Of a stretch of 64,000 nucleotides of DNA, positions 9,480 through 19,167 are shown piece after piece. The stretch spans positions 1-64,000 of the IMG/VR virus record IMGVR_UViG_3300028800_000012; one strand, given 5' to 3'. The notes under the pieces are model-generated. The model did not search any database. It saw nothing but the letters and a program-made list of their open reading frames with translations, and was not told the DNA's origin. The stretch is from a virus. Made by a program: the position numbers and the translations under genes. How positions within the stretch are numbered: the stretch's first letter is position 1; the number at the start of each line of letters is the position of its first letter.

Positions 9480-9733
9480 TATTGCTCCGTCATTTTGATA
9501 ATCTCGGCACAAGCAACTGACGCATTGCGCGCGTTTTCTCTGAGTTGCTGCATGGCCTCGTATGTCTCGGCTGAGATTTCATAGGTCGTCCAGCGGTGAT
9601 TGCAGTCGAGACATGCGCGACGGCGGCGCAGGGGAGAATTGATGCCGCCACCGCTGGCGCGAGTTTCCAGTGGCTTGATTTTACTGCCGCGGCAATTCGG
9701 GCAGATGCGGGAGAAGGCGGGGAATGGGCGCAT
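9479..9733 (-). CDS. NrdR-like zinc-ribbon protein
   Basis: CPNCRGSKIKPLETRASGGGINSPLRRRRACLDCNHRWTTYE resembles the NrdR zinc ribbon. Confidence 0.6.
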   Translation of the reverse strand: MRPFPAFSRICPNCRGSKIKPLETRASGGGINSPLRRRRACLDCNHRWTTYEISAETYEAMQQLRENARNASVACAEIIKMTEQ

Positions 9734-9736
9734 GGT

Positions 9737-10474
9737 CTAGACAGCATCCTTCCAAAGCCAGATCGGCTCAGACGTGATGCTGGTTGTCGTGTTCGGCAGA
9801 TACTTCCCGTCGATCTTGTCGGGGCGTACGTACTTCGCGAGGAAGTCCACGCGGCCCTCGCGCTCGACACGCCACACCGCGCCCTCCACGTCCTCTTTCG
9901 ATCCGTGCTGCCCGTATTGCCCGAGCAGCGCCAGCGCGTTCTCAACGGACAGGGGCTCGGCGCTATCGCTAATCAGGTGCGCGGTCGGAATCTCGGCTAC
10001 GGCGCACCGCTGCGCGAACTCGTCCCGAAGGATTCGCTTGCCCTCGCGGAAGATGTCGAAGGCGATGTAGGGCGCGAAGCGCGGATGCGCCGCGTCGTAC
10101 AGCGTGCCGTGCGCCATCGCCATCCACTCACCGCAGATGCGCTCTCCAGGGTGCAGCAGATCGGCAAACACGATGCGGCGCTTCTTGACGTAGGGCGCGA
10201 AGGCTTTCAGGTGCTCATAAAGGGCGTCGGCCGCGCGATAGCCGGCGCGGGATAGGGCGACGATCTCCCCGTCGATGTTGGCAACCGACATGCACGCGCC
10301 GTCCAGCTTTTCCGTAACGACAATTCGGTCGCCCTTGCGTGGTTTCTCGCAGCAGATGCGGGCCTGCCCTTCGTGTACGTGCCAGTCTCCGGGACCGAGA
10401 CGCGAGTTCGGCAGATGGCCGATGGAGCCGTACGCTTTCGATTTCAGCGGTTTGGCTGGCTTCACATTCATCAC
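9737..10474 (-). CDS. RNA ligase / nucleotidyltransferase family protein
   Basis: Motif I EKLDGACMSV plus downstream GEW, YIAFDIF and FLAKYVR segments. Confidence 0.8.
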   Translation of the reverse strand: MMNVKPAKPLKSKAYGSIGHLPNSRLGPGDWHVHEGQARICCEKPRKGDRIVVTEKLDGACMSVANIDGEIVALSRAGYRAADALYEHLKAFAPYVKKRRIVFADLLHPGERICGEWMAMAHGTLYDAAHPRFAPYIAFDIFREGKRILRDEFAQRCAVAEIPTAHLISDSAEPLSVENALALLGQYGQHGSKEDVEGAVWRVEREGRVDFLAKYVRPDKIDGKYLPNTTTSITSEPIWLWKDAV

Positions 10475-11139
10475 GCCGCCCTCCTGCTCGCCAGCCCGTA
10501 CACTTCGGCCAATGTATCAAGGCATAGCCTGAGAAAGTCGGCGCACCTACTTAGGCCGTGCTTGGTCTCCCAGCCGATGTGCCGACCATATTCGACCACT
10601 GTCTTGCGCTCTCCAATGATGTACCGGGCGCAGATCAACCCACCATGCCCCGTGCTGGCCTTTAGAGCGGCGTCGGCGCGGGACAGCCGACCGAATGCTG
10701 CCATCACAGCATCGCTCAACGGATCGCCGAGCCTGCCGCCGTCTACGGCCGGACGGGAATAATCGATCGCTCTGCCGCCCCCGAGCATGGAGGTGTCGAT
10801 ATCGTCCCGGTATTTCAGTCCGGCCATGCACTGCAGATCGGTAATGCGGCCACGCACGAACATAGTGCGGAGCGGGTCATCTCTGAGCGAGACGATAACA
10901 GATACTTTCGGCTGGCCGGGTGAGCGGAGTTCTGTCGCGGCGGCGCTCATGGGGCGGGAGTAGTCCCGCCGCTCTGCCGGCGCTTCCGCCGCAAACTCCC
11001 GAATCCCGAATGGATCGTCGACCGTGACAACTGCCACTTTGGCATTGAAGGGCAGGTCTTTGGCCCGGCGGTCATGCACCTGTGCCGATTTCTTTTTCGG
11101 CGATACCTTCGCCGCTTTCAGCTTCTTGCGCTTAGCCAT
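10471..11139 (-). CDS. DUF6456-like protein
   Basis: Lys-rich N-terminus and a C-terminal GLICARYIIGERKTVVEYGRHIGWETKHGLSRCADFLRLCLDTLAEVYGL segment reminiscent of DUF6456. Confidence 0.4.
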   Translation of the reverse strand: MAKRKKLKAAKVSPKKKSAQVHDRRAKDLPFNAKVAVVTVDDPFGIREFAAEAPAERRDYSRPMSAAATELRSPGQPKVSVIVSLRDDPLRTMFVRGRITDLQCMAGLKYRDDIDTSMLGGGRAIDYSRPAVDGGRLGDPLSDAVMAAFGRLSRADAALKASTGHGGLICARYIIGERKTVVEYGRHIGWETKHGLSRCADFLRLCLDTLAEVYGLASRRAA

Positions 11140-11503
11140 TTTCCCGCTCCGCCATATTGAGCGGCGCACTCGCCGCCAACGCCGTCCTTGCCTTCGCCTG
11201 CTGCTGCCACCTCTGGATTTCTTCAAGTTCTGCCGGCGAGCATTTCACTTCAACACCGCGCTCTCCGGTCGGTGGATTCACCATCTTGCGGAAATAGAGT
11301 TTTACGACCGGAAGTTCCAATGCCGTCTTTGGATACTCCCGATGCCGCATGAGTTCATGCATGGTCGGCGGCCCTGCGACTTCGGTGTGGTCCTCGCCGC
11401 GTCCTTCGAGAAAGGCTTGAATAGCGGATTTGACATCCGCCTCCGTGCCGATCAGCCAGCGCACAGGATCGGCGGCAAGAAGGCCCCAGGATTGCGCTGT
11501 CAT
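11132..11503 (-). CDS. Hypothetical protein
   Basis: Tightly packed ORF in the replication operon. Confidence 0.5.
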   Translation of the reverse strand: MTAQSWGLLAADPVRWLIGTEADVKSAIQAFLEGRGEDHTEVAGPPTMHELMRHREYPKTALELPVVKLYFRKMVNPPTGERGVEVKCSPAELEEIQRWQQQAKARTALAASAPLNMAERENG

Positions 11504-11811
11504 GCGGCTGCCTTTGTTTGATCCTTTGATGCGCGAATACGGTCTGCGACGATTTTCGCGTATCCTCCGATATCATCCCAATTATCGAGATATTCTCCGT
11601 CTCCGGTAACGATGCGGGAAATCTTCAATGCGATAAGGTCTAGCCCTTCCCGCACATCCACCGGCAAAGACTCCCACAACAATCCCTCATTATCCGGGTC
11701 TGGAATGTTTCGCATCGCTGCCTTAATATTCTGGGCGACGATGGCGTTATGCAGGAACGGTCCATAGACCGATCCGCGCTTCTTCGTGATTTCCGATACG
11801 ATATCAGGCAC
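11500..11811 (-). CDS. DUF6378-like protein
   Basis: GSVYGPFLHNAIVAQNIKAAMR...DVREGLDLIALKISRIVTGDGEYLDNWDDIGGYA. Confidence 0.6.
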   Translation of the reverse strand: MPDIVSEITKKRGSVYGPFLHNAIVAQNIKAAMRNIPDPDNEGLLWESLPVDVREGLDLIALKISRIVTGDGEYLDNWDDIGGYAKIVADRIRASKDQTKAAA

Positions 11812-12244
11812 CGATCAACTCCAATTCTACCCCAGCCTCCGCCAGAATTGCCGATGCGGAGGCGAGGCTGTCTTTCCATCTCTCTTGAAGATGTGGCGGG
11901 CATGCTGGCGCGACACAGCGTTTAATGCCTGCCTGGATCATGTGCGCCGCGCACCTGTCGCATGACATGAACGGCCATGTGTAGAGCGTGAAGCCGTGCA
12001 ACGGTTCTCGCGCCGCCAGGGCGGCGTTCATTTCGCAATGCACGGTGCGGATGTATTTCATATTGCGGTCGGCGTAGAGTTCTTCCGCGTCAGAACAGCC
12101 GCGCGGGAAACCATTAAACCCGACACTCGCAATTGTGCGATCCAGACGCACAATAACCGCGCCAGTCTGTGTGCTTGGGTCCTTCGACCATTGCGCTACG
12201 TGCTTCGCAAGATCAAGAAACCGAATATCCCATTTGTCGATCAT
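11804..12244 (-). CDS. Deoxycytidylate (dCMP) deaminase
   Basis: Zinc-binding HCEMNAALAA and PFMSCDRCAAHMIQAGI. Confidence 0.9.
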   Translation of the reverse strand: MIDKWDIRFLDLAKHVAQWSKDPSTQTGAVIVRLDRTIASVGFNGFPRGCSDAEELYADRNMKYIRTVHCEMNAALAAREPLHGFTLYTWPFMSCDRCAAHMIQAGIKRCVAPACPPHLQERWKDSLASASAILAEAGVELELIGA

Positions 12245-12253
12245 ATGTGCGTC

Positions 12254-13645
12254 TCAGTAGAACCAGGTTTTGGACTCATCAAATCGTACCGTTCTGATGC
12301 CGCGCCCTTTCCTGTGCCTGTGCTTGGCGAGAAGGAATTCGGCCTTGCCTTCCCAGTACATGACATCGGCCTCATAATCCCCTTCGTGCTTCGCGCCTTG
12401 TGTCGGCTTGATATCGGCCAGAATAACGGATGGCCGATGCACAATCACAACCGCGTCCGCTTCGTTCTCCATCGCCGACGAGCCGTACAGGCTGCGCATG
12501 CTCGGGCGGCGAATGTCCTTGGCCGTCTTTACCTGCGACAAGTCCTGCCGCGCGATGTGGCTCAATAAAATCCATGGCACGCCTAGCCGCTTCGCCATGT
12601 TCTTGTGATCGGAGACGATTTGTTCAAGCCTCACGCGCTCGTCGGCGCGGCCGTCATTCGCCCGCACCTTGCGCATGTGATCCGTAATGAATAGGCGGAC
12701 GCCGTATTTGGCCTGATCGCGCGATGCCCGAGTCAAGAGCGTTGAGGTCATCGGAGACGGCCGGTCGTCGACGTAGATCGGCAACTTGGAGAATCGCCGC
12801 TGCATCTCGATCAGGCGCTCCATCTCCGCATCGTTGAGATCGGCATCCTTGATCTTGTAAGCTGGAATTTCGGAAAAGCTCGCGAGCGCACGTTCGCCGA
12901 GTTCATCAGCTTGCATTTCGAGAGAAAAGATTTTGATCGGAATGGCTTTCTGCGCCAGCATAATGCAGAGCTGCAACGCGAGGCTCGTCTTGCCGCTGCC
13001 GGCTTCGCCGCCGATGACAATGAGATTCCCCGGACTGAGCGGCCCGACGAGTTCATCGAACGCGTTCAGCCCCGTCTCTAGTCCGGCGGGCTTGTCAGAC
13101 GTTCTGATTTCTCCGGCGCGGGTTACGACGCGGGACAGAACTCCGTTGAAGTCTATTCCATCATCGCCGGGATCGGTGCCGACCAGTTGCAAGCGGCGCT
13201 GGGCGTCGGCAATGATTTCTGTGGAGCGGCCCAGCTCCGCATTGCGCATTTGATCCGAAAGCCATTCGGCTTCCTGGATGGCGTGCCGCCGTCGCGCCGC
13301 ATCCAATACGGCATCAACAAAATCCTCTATTCCTCCTTCCGGCGCTTCGGCGATAAGAGCCGCGAGATAGGCAGGCAAGCTTATGTCATCGGCCTCACTG
13401 TCGCCGACAACGGACGGCACGAGTTGCTTCAATAGCGGAGAGCCGCGATCGGCGAGAACTCTTAGTGCCTTGAATACGGCCTTGTTGCGCGGCTCCACAA
13501 AATGCTCAACGGATAGCCTGTCAGCTACGTCATACCAAAGCCGACCGTCGCAGAGAATTTTTCCCAACACGCAGCGTTCCGCACTCGGGTTGGCGAGTGC
13601 CGGCGGCGGCGCATATTGTTCTTTCTTTTTTGCCGCGTAACTCAT
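12254..13645 (-). CDS. dnaB: Replicative DNA helicase, DnaB family
   Basis: N-terminal LGKILCDGRLWYDVADRLSVEHF; Walker A GEAGSGKTSLALQL. Confidence 0.92.
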   Translation of the reverse strand: MSYAAKKKEQYAPPPALANPSAERCVLGKILCDGRLWYDVADRLSVEHFVEPRNKAVFKALRVLADRGSPLLKQLVPSVVGDSEADDISLPAYLAALIAEAPEGGIEDFVDAVLDAARRRHAIQEAEWLSDQMRNAELGRSTEIIADAQRRLQLVGTDPGDDGIDFNGVLSRVVTRAGEIRTSDKPAGLETGLNAFDELVGPLSPGNLIVIGGEAGSGKTSLALQLCIMLAQKAIPIKIFSLEMQADELGERALASFSEIPAYKIKDADLNDAEMERLIEMQRRFSKLPIYVDDRPSPMTSTLLTRASRDQAKYGVRLFITDHMRKVRANDGRADERVRLEQIVSDHKNMAKRLGVPWILLSHIARQDLSQVKTAKDIRRPSMRSLYGSSAMENEADAVVIVHRPSVILADIKPTQGAKHEGDYEADVMYWEGKAEFLLAKHRHRKGRGIRTVRFDESKTWFY

Positions 13646-14682
13646 GCTGCGTTTTCGACTTTCTTTGCCGCCATCAGCACGTCATTCCAATCACGCCCTA
13701 AGTCCGGCTGCTGTATCGTGACCTTGCGGCCTTCGCGCTCCAGCCTGACTTTCAATTCTTGCGCCGCTGTCAGCCCCGGAGACGGCATCCATTGTGTCCG
13801 GCCATTCTTCGGGGATTTAGGCGGGTCAGCATCGGCGTACACATGCACGCATTCGACTTCCGGCGGCAAGACAATCGATTTGAGTCCGGACGTACTGAGG
13901 CAGGCCCACACCGGCCATCCGCCGCCGACCAATTCGCGCACGGCAAGCGACGTTTCCAATCCCTCCGCCAGCCCGATCGTCGGCCATACTCCACCTATTC
14001 TGCATGCGCCACCCGCGACGTTGCCGAGCCCAAGCCGCGTTTTGCCGACCGGGGCCTTGCCGCTTCCATCAGGCTTGAGAAATATCCTCCAAATTCCCAC
14101 GCCTTCGCCATCGGCATTGCTCACTCTGGCGACGACGGCAGGGAATGTGCCGCCGTCCGGATGCTTCAACCCAGGATGAAAACGCAATTGATCGTCGGCG
14201 ACACTCGGATCGATGCCGCGCGAGCGCAAATACCGGAAGGCGATCTCGCCAAGCGGCCCTGACGATGCCCATATCCCCTTCGCAGTTTCCAGTCGGCGAG
14301 ACTTGTCGTGCTCTAGTTCTTGCTCACGCTTACGGGCGGCTGCCTCGCTTTGCTTTCTGCACTTCTCCCGTTCCTGCGGCGACATTTTGGAAACTGTCTT
14401 GCCGATGATGAAGTGGCAGGCGTCCTTGAAGCCGATGCCCCTGACATGCATGACAAGGCCGATCTGGTGGCCGTTCTTCGGCTGGCAGCCGCGGCAGCCG
14501 TATTTATTTTTGGCGAAGTTGATCCAGAAGCGGTCTTTTCCACCACAGACAGGACACGGCCCCGCGACGGAATGCATGCCGTCTTTCTTCATATTCGGAA
14601 TGCCGAGCATGGCGTAGACTTCGGCGATTGTTCTCGCCTTGGCTTCACGCATCCAGTCGGGTTCGGGGCCGGTGTATGTCAT
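13642..14682 (-). CDS. DNA primase (zinc ribbon plus Toprim-like)
   Basis: CPVCGGKDRFWINFAKNKYGCRGC zinc ribbon; IGLAEGLETSLAVREL and VHVYADAD Toprim-like motifs. Confidence 0.85.
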   Translation of the reverse strand: MTYTGPEPDWMREAKARTIAEVYAMLGIPNMKKDGMHSVAGPCPVCGGKDRFWINFAKNKYGCRGCQPKNGHQIGLVMHVRGIGFKDACHFIIGKTVSKMSPQEREKCRKQSEAAARKREQELEHDKSRRLETAKGIWASSGPLGEIAFRYLRSRGIDPSVADDQLRFHPGLKHPDGGTFPAVVARVSNADGEGVGIWRIFLKPDGSGKAPVGKTRLGLGNVAGGACRIGGVWPTIGLAEGLETSLAVRELVGGGWPVWACLSTSGLKSIVLPPEVECVHVYADADPPKSPKNGRTQWMPSPGLTAAQELKVRLEREGRKVTIQQPDLGRDWNDVLMAAKKVENAA

Positions 14683-14714
14683 TTTGTTGTGCGATGACTC
14701 ACCGCGTTGACATT

Positions 14715-15071
14715 TCAAAGATGGAACGCTCGCTTCGCGATCCAGAGGTCCGGGTGCGAGATAGTCGTCCACGTCCACGGGTCGATCCACGACCAAACGC
14801 CGATACAGAACGGGATCAGGCCAATCAGTCCGATAAGAACCGCGCCGGCATACGCCAGTTCGGAATCCGAGTATGGGCCTCGGTCGGCGTCTCCTGCCTT
14901 CCGCCAAATCCAACGGGCGAGGAGCATCAAAGCAATCCCGATGCAGACCGTCATAAACCCTGAGACGAGCTGAGAGATCGCCTCCATCCGGGCGGCGGAC
15001 TTAGCGGCGTCCGCGACGGCGGGGCCGTACTTCTCCGCTAGATCGGCAAAGCGTTTTGCGAGTTCGTCCAC
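14715..15071 (-). CDS. Membrane protein with two TM segments
   Basis: LVSGFMTVCIGIALMLLARW and AYAGAVLIGLIGLIPFCIGVW. Confidence 0.5.
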   Translation of the reverse strand: MDELAKRFADLAEKYGPAVADAAKSAARMEAISQLVSGFMTVCIGIALMLLARWIWRKAGDADRGPYSDSELAYAGAVLIGLIGLIPFCIGVWSWIDPWTWTTISHPDLWIAKRAFHL

Positions 15072-15112
15072 ATCGGCCCCCTATATGCTTTAGATCGCGT
15101 TCATTTCTCGTT

Positions 15113-15490
15113 TCAGGCGCTTTCCAATTCCAGCGTTACCGGATCGCACAGAACGACCATCTTCTTTTGCGCTTTGAAGTCGGCAATCTCGCCGCACACG
15201 CCATCCGATTCTTGCCACCCTTCGAATTTAGCAACCACACAGCCGCCGCACGTTTCGATGAACGGAAGATTGAACTTGCGCCAGAACTTCGCGTTGGCGG
15301 TCGGAAGGTCGCCATGCGTCGTCATGCCGTGAAAGTGCGCGATCGGAGAAAAGATGACGGTCTTGTACCGACGATGCAGTTGCGCCGATAACCGGCACGC
15401 ATCCAGATACGCGCCGACGTGCCCGCGTACATAATGCGTATATGGCTGGGCGAGATAGATCGGCGCCCGCATGGACGTGAGGCCGCTCAT
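15113..15490 (-). CDS. DUF1937-like nucleoside 2-deoxyribosyltransferase-fold protein
   Basis: APIYLAQPYTH...HRRYKTVIFSPIAHFHGMT...CGGCVVAKFEGWQESDGV. Confidence 0.6.
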   Translation of the reverse strand: MSGLTSMRAPIYLAQPYTHYVRGHVGAYLDACRLSAQLHRRYKTVIFSPIAHFHGMTTHGDLPTANAKFWRKFNLPFIETCGGCVVAKFEGWQESDGVCGEIADFKAQKKMVVLCDPVTLELESA

Positions 15491-15702
15491 GCCGCCTCCG
15501 CCGACCACTTGCCGGGAGAAAAACATACTTCGCAATGCTCCCGGCAATAACTGTAGTTTTTGAACGTCTGAGCTCCGCAGAACCGCGACTCTCCATTCCA
15601 CCGATCAATGATATAGCGGCAATCCCGCATGCCGAGATCGAATAGCCGCACGCCAGCCGGGCCTTCCATGAAATCGAAACCTGCGAAACTTAACTGTTGC
15701 AT
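15487..15702 (-). CDS. GcrA cell-cycle-regulator-like C-terminal domain protein
   Basis: CRYIIDRWNGESRFCGAQTFKNYSYCREHCEVCF resembles the GcrA zinc-binding C-terminus. Confidence 0.55.
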   Translation of the reverse strand: MQQLSFAGFDFMEGPAGVRLFDLGMRDCRYIIDRWNGESRFCGAQTFKNYSYCREHCEVCFSPGKWSAEAA

Positions 15703-15741
15703 GGATCGGCAACTGTAGCGCCGTGTGGATGAGATTTTAAC

Positions 15742-16302
15742 TTAGCGCGCTTCGTGTTCGGAACGAAGCGCATTCAGCTTTTGATAAAGCGCACTACGAT
15801 GAAACGGCGGATCGCCAAGTAGTGACGCCGCCGAGAACCTATCCACCGACAAGGCCAGCTCGCGCTCTGCCCAGACATGCGCCGGCACATCGATCCGATC
15901 CGGATCGAGAAACCCATAGAGCTGCAACGGGATGGCTTTCTTGCGCTCGATCTCTTGCGGCCGGAATACGCGGTCCAACTGCACCCGCTGAATGCCCATC
16001 TGCTTGGCGACGGTGCCCCAATCCAGATTGCCGTTTTTATTGCCAGTGGCGCGGAGATACTTGGCCTGTTCGATCTGCTCCGGAGTCAAATCTGGCGCGC
16101 GGTTGAACCCATAACGCCGCTTCAATGCCGGCGGCGCCTGTTTAAAAAACCGATGCTGACATGCCGATCTACTCCGCCCTGGGAATATCGACGCCACCCG
16201 GCCCCACTCTGGCCCGAACTTGCGTACTGCTGCTAATAATCGCCATGTCTCTTTCTTTGACCATTTCGGCGACGCGGGTCTAGAACTGCCAATTGTCGTC
16301 AT
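15742..16302 (-). CDS. Myb/SANT-like DNA-binding protein
   Basis: KWSKKETWRLLAAVRKFGPEWGRVASIFPGRSRSACQHRFFKQ has the Myb repeat tryptophan/hydrophobic spacing. Confidence 0.65.
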   Translation of the reverse strand: MTTIGSSRPASPKWSKKETWRLLAAVRKFGPEWGRVASIFPGRSRSACQHRFFKQAPPALKRRYGFNRAPDLTPEQIEQAKYLRATGNKNGNLDWGTVAKQMGIQRVQLDRVFRPQEIERKKAIPLQLYGFLDPDRIDVPAHVWAERELALSVDRFSAASLLGDPPFHRSALYQKLNALRSEHEAR

Positions 16303-16312
16303 TGCTCACCCT

Positions 16313-16846
16313 CTATGCAGCACGTAAAAGCGGCATTGACAGCACCGCGTAATCCGGATCGAGCCGACACCGAATCGTATCAAGAATTGCTAATGCGTCG
16401 GCAGCGTTGTCGTTTTTTGGCTCATAGCCGCGCGCCCGGCACTCATCCACACAGCGGCGCTTGAGCCAAACCCGGCGCTTGTTCTTGTCGGTGATTGTTT
16501 TCGGCGCGCGTGTGACTCCAAGGAAATGCGACCGCCATGTTACTTCCGCCACCGGCCAGAGATTCAGTCGCCGCCGCGCGACGATCTCATGCACCCTGAG
16601 ATAGCAGCCCTGGAGCCAGACTGTTGTGTCGATATTGGTTGCTCCATGGATCGGCACCGGCGGCTCTACGGCCAGATCGGTTATTTCATATTTTCCGATG
16701 ATGCCGTTGAGCCAGTCTGAGAATGCGGCAGCCTTATCGCCCATTGTGCCGATGAATTTGACAGAGCCGTACTCCCCGCCGGTTTCTCCGCCGATCCATG
16801 TTGCCCACCCAGTACAGGAAGCGATGTCGAGCGCGACGACTTTCAT
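16313..16846 (-). CDS. RuvC-like Holliday junction resolvase
   Basis: VVALDIASCTGWATW, LAVEPP and DNAADALAI acidic motifs. Confidence 0.75.
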   Translation of the reverse strand: MKVVALDIASCTGWATWIGGETGGEYGSVKFIGTMGDKAAAFSDWLNGIIGKYEITDLAVEPPVPIHGATNIDTTVWLQGCYLRVHEIVARRRLNLWPVAEVTWRSHFLGVTRAPKTITDKNKRRVWLKRRCVDECRARGYEPKNDNAADALAILDTIRCRLDPDYAVLSMPLLRAA

Positions 16847-17100
16847 TGCGCTGTTGTACCCGCCTTCGGAGTTATCAACGGTTCGGCTAAACTGTCGGCA
16901 ATTTTCTGAAAGCAGTCGTAGGCACCCTTCTCGCCGACCAACAGCCGCGCATAGACGCTCATTCCAGCAAGCGCGGCGCCGAGCCACGCAGCCGACACTT
17001 CCTTGCCGAAATGCTTTTCGATTTCGGCCGGCGCATGCACGCCGAACCGCAAGCCGTTCTCGACGATTTGTTCTTTCGTCAGCGGCACCGTAATCCCCAA
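16843..17100 (-). CDS. Hypothetical protein
   Basis: Overlaps the RuvC-like gene; same operon direction. Confidence 0.45.
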   Translation of the reverse strand: MGITVPLTKEQIVENGLRFGVHAPAEIEKHFGKEVSAAWLGAALAGMSVYARLLVGEKGAYDCFQKIADSLAEPLITPKAGTTAQ

Positions 17101-17151
17101 CTGATGCCGATGGCGCGCGTGAGGCCGCGCCGGTCCTAAGCGGCTGTACTG

Positions 17152-17337
17152 CTACACAAGCCCGACGATGCGGGCCGCGATGTAGGCGGCAAATGAACTT
17201 GCCGGCATCGCAATAAGGAAGAACATCGTCTCCGCTTCATGCTGGCTTTGCGGAGAATTGCGCGCGAGCCCGTATAGGCCGCCGCAGAAGATAATCGCCG
17301 CTAGAATCCAGATCGGCGCCGATATGAACCACCACAT
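17152..17337 (-). CDS. Small membrane protein
   Basis: MWWFISAPIWILAAIIFCGGLYGLAR...FFLIAMPASSFAAYIAARIVG. Confidence 0.5.
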   Translation of the reverse strand: MWWFISAPIWILAAIIFCGGLYGLARNSPQSQHEAETMFFLIAMPASSFAAYIAARIVGLV

Positions 17338-17349
17338 TTGAACGTTCCC

Positions 17350-17841
17350 CTACTTCCCCGCCGCAATAACGCCGTGCATGTCGTGCTTGATCGCCGACGT
17401 GACCAATTCCAATTCGTCGGCCTCTTTGAGAACTTCCCTAGCCTCACGCGGCGTGACCTGCCCGTCCGCCGCCGATTCCAAAATCTTGGCTACCATCTCG
17501 CCGCCTTCACGCGCCGCATAACCGGCTTTGACCGACAGACCGGAAACGATTGCCGCCGAATGCAGCGGCACAAGATCAAAGCCAAGCAGCCGCGCATAGG
17601 TGCGCAAAATCGTATGGTCGCCGGTCATGGTATCAAGATCGAGTGCCACATCGAGCGGCAGGAAATTGTTTTCGCGCGGATTGCCGGCACGTGAGATCGT
17701 CCCCGCGTCGAGCCGGGTCCGCTTCGCCACACAGCCGAGCGATTGCCCTGCCAGTTCGGCGGCGAGCTTGGTTGCCGTTTTCAGCGCCAGATAGTCGGCA
17801 CTGGAATGAGGCCGCGTCGTCCGTTCCTTCACGTCAAGCAT
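17350..17841 (-). CDS. Phage regulatory protein (CII-like, tentative)
   Basis: DYLALKTATKLAAELAGQSLGCVAKRTRLDAGTISRAGNPRENNFLPLDVALDLDTMTGDHTILRTYARLLGFDLV, HTH-like and near the immunity region. Confidence 0.5.
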   Translation of the reverse strand: MLDVKERTTRPHSSADYLALKTATKLAAELAGQSLGCVAKRTRLDAGTISRAGNPRENNFLPLDVALDLDTMTGDHTILRTYARLLGFDLVPLHSAAIVSGLSVKAGYAAREGGEMVAKILESAADGQVTPREAREVLKEADELELVTSAIKHDMHGVIAAGK

Positions 17842-18182
17842 AACTTCCCCCCTACCCCATTCTTGCTTTGTTCAAGTTCCGAATTGAATGGCGCGTTGCT
17901 GCGATGCCGTACACACTCGGCGCACTGCCGTAACGAGTGTCGCCGCCATGCGTACCGAATTAAAAAAAGCCGGGGTCACTTCCGCCCGAATGCGGGAGCG
18001 CCCCGGCATAGTTGCCGCGCCGTACAGGGAGGAATCGCCGACTGAGCGAGACGCGGGGTTGCGGCACATCGGCGAGATCGCCGACGCAATCGTGCAAGGG
18101 TTGGTCCGGCGGCGGAACGCGATACCGTCAACGCCGCCGAGCCAATCCAGCGAACCGGATGCGAGTTGAGGAGCCGGACTGG

Positions 18183-18410
18183 TCATGACACGGCATCCTC
18201 GAAAATATCCGGCCGCAGTTTTTCCTTGGGAATTTTTCCGCTCGTCGCAGCGTCAATGGCCTTCGCCATCTTCGGGCTTACCGAGCCGCGCTGCTTGGCC
18301 TGCCAGATCGCATTCTGGGAGTAACCGGTGAGACGACCCAAAGCCGCCTCGGACCCGGCAATCTTAACGGCAGCGTCGAGCAATTCACGGACCATACCTC
18401 CGTCTAACAC
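18183..18410 (-). CDS. Cro/YdaS-like regulator
   Basis: LLDAAVKIAGSEAALGRLTGYSQNAIWQAKQRGSVSPKMAKAIDAAT; divergent from cI. Start is GTG 18410 or ATG 18395. Confidence 0.8.
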   Translation of the reverse strand: MLDGGMVRELLDAAVKIAGSEAALGRLTGYSQNAIWQAKQRGSVSPKMAKAIDAATSGKIPKEKLRPDIFEDAVS

Positions 18411-18429
18411 CGATCCGTGTATATGTCAA
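18405..18429 (-). promoter_or_regulatory. Putative cro promoter -35 and overlapping CI-type operator
   Basis: TTGACA (minus strand, 18429-18424) beside near-palindrome ACACCGATCCGTGT (18407-18420). The 20-mer TAACACCGATCCGTGTATAT recurs with one mismatch at 20085-20104. Confidence 0.55.
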
Positions 18430-18490
18430 CGCCCTATCGTGTTGGACGGCGTGTTGGATTGTGACCGGGCCGAATGCCAAGTTCCGGCCA

Positions 18491-19167
18491 TGCAGAATCA
18501 GCGAAATCCCGGGGAAATCGTTAGGGATCGGCGCAAGGAATTGGGCTGGTCACAGACGCAACTCGCCAAAAAAGTCGGCTCGAACCAGCAGACGATCGGC
18601 AAAATTGAAAAAGGGCAGACGAAAAAATCTCCTCTTCTGCCGTTGATTGCCGTGGTTCTTGGAATCCCGATCGAGCGATTGGTTCCCGGAGTCAATGCGC
18701 TTGACCCAAATCAGGTGGCGCGAGAACTGCCGCGTTATGTTTTGGACAGCACACAGGTCCGCGAAACAGTTGCTGGTCGGCGTGACTTGCCGTTACACTC
18801 GATGGTGGAAGCTGGAAGTGGTGCGTTGGTAATGTCCTCCGATCCTGTTGATAGGATCGATCGACCCGACGTTTTGACATTCGTCAAAGACGCTTATGCC
18901 GTTATTGTCGTCGGCGACAGCATGTTCCCCGTTCTCAAGGCCGGCTACCGGGTGAAGGTTCACCCGCACACGGTTCCCCGTCCCGAGGACATCTGCCTGT
19001 TTATCCGCGATGAGAACGGCGAGTTCCACGCCACCATAAAGGAATATATCGGCCAAACTAAGGACGCCTGGAAGGTTCGCCGGTATCACCCCAAGGAAGA
19101 AACCATCCTGCTCAAAAAGCGCGAGTGGCCGCGCTGCGATGTGGTGGTCGGCGTCGATTACCGATGA
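18491..19167 (+). CDS. cI: CI-like repressor (XRE HTH plus S24/LexA-type peptidase)
   Basis: LGWSQTQLAKKVGSNQQTIGKIEKG HTH; VVGDSMFPVLKAGYRVKV catalytic serine region. Confidence 0.92.
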
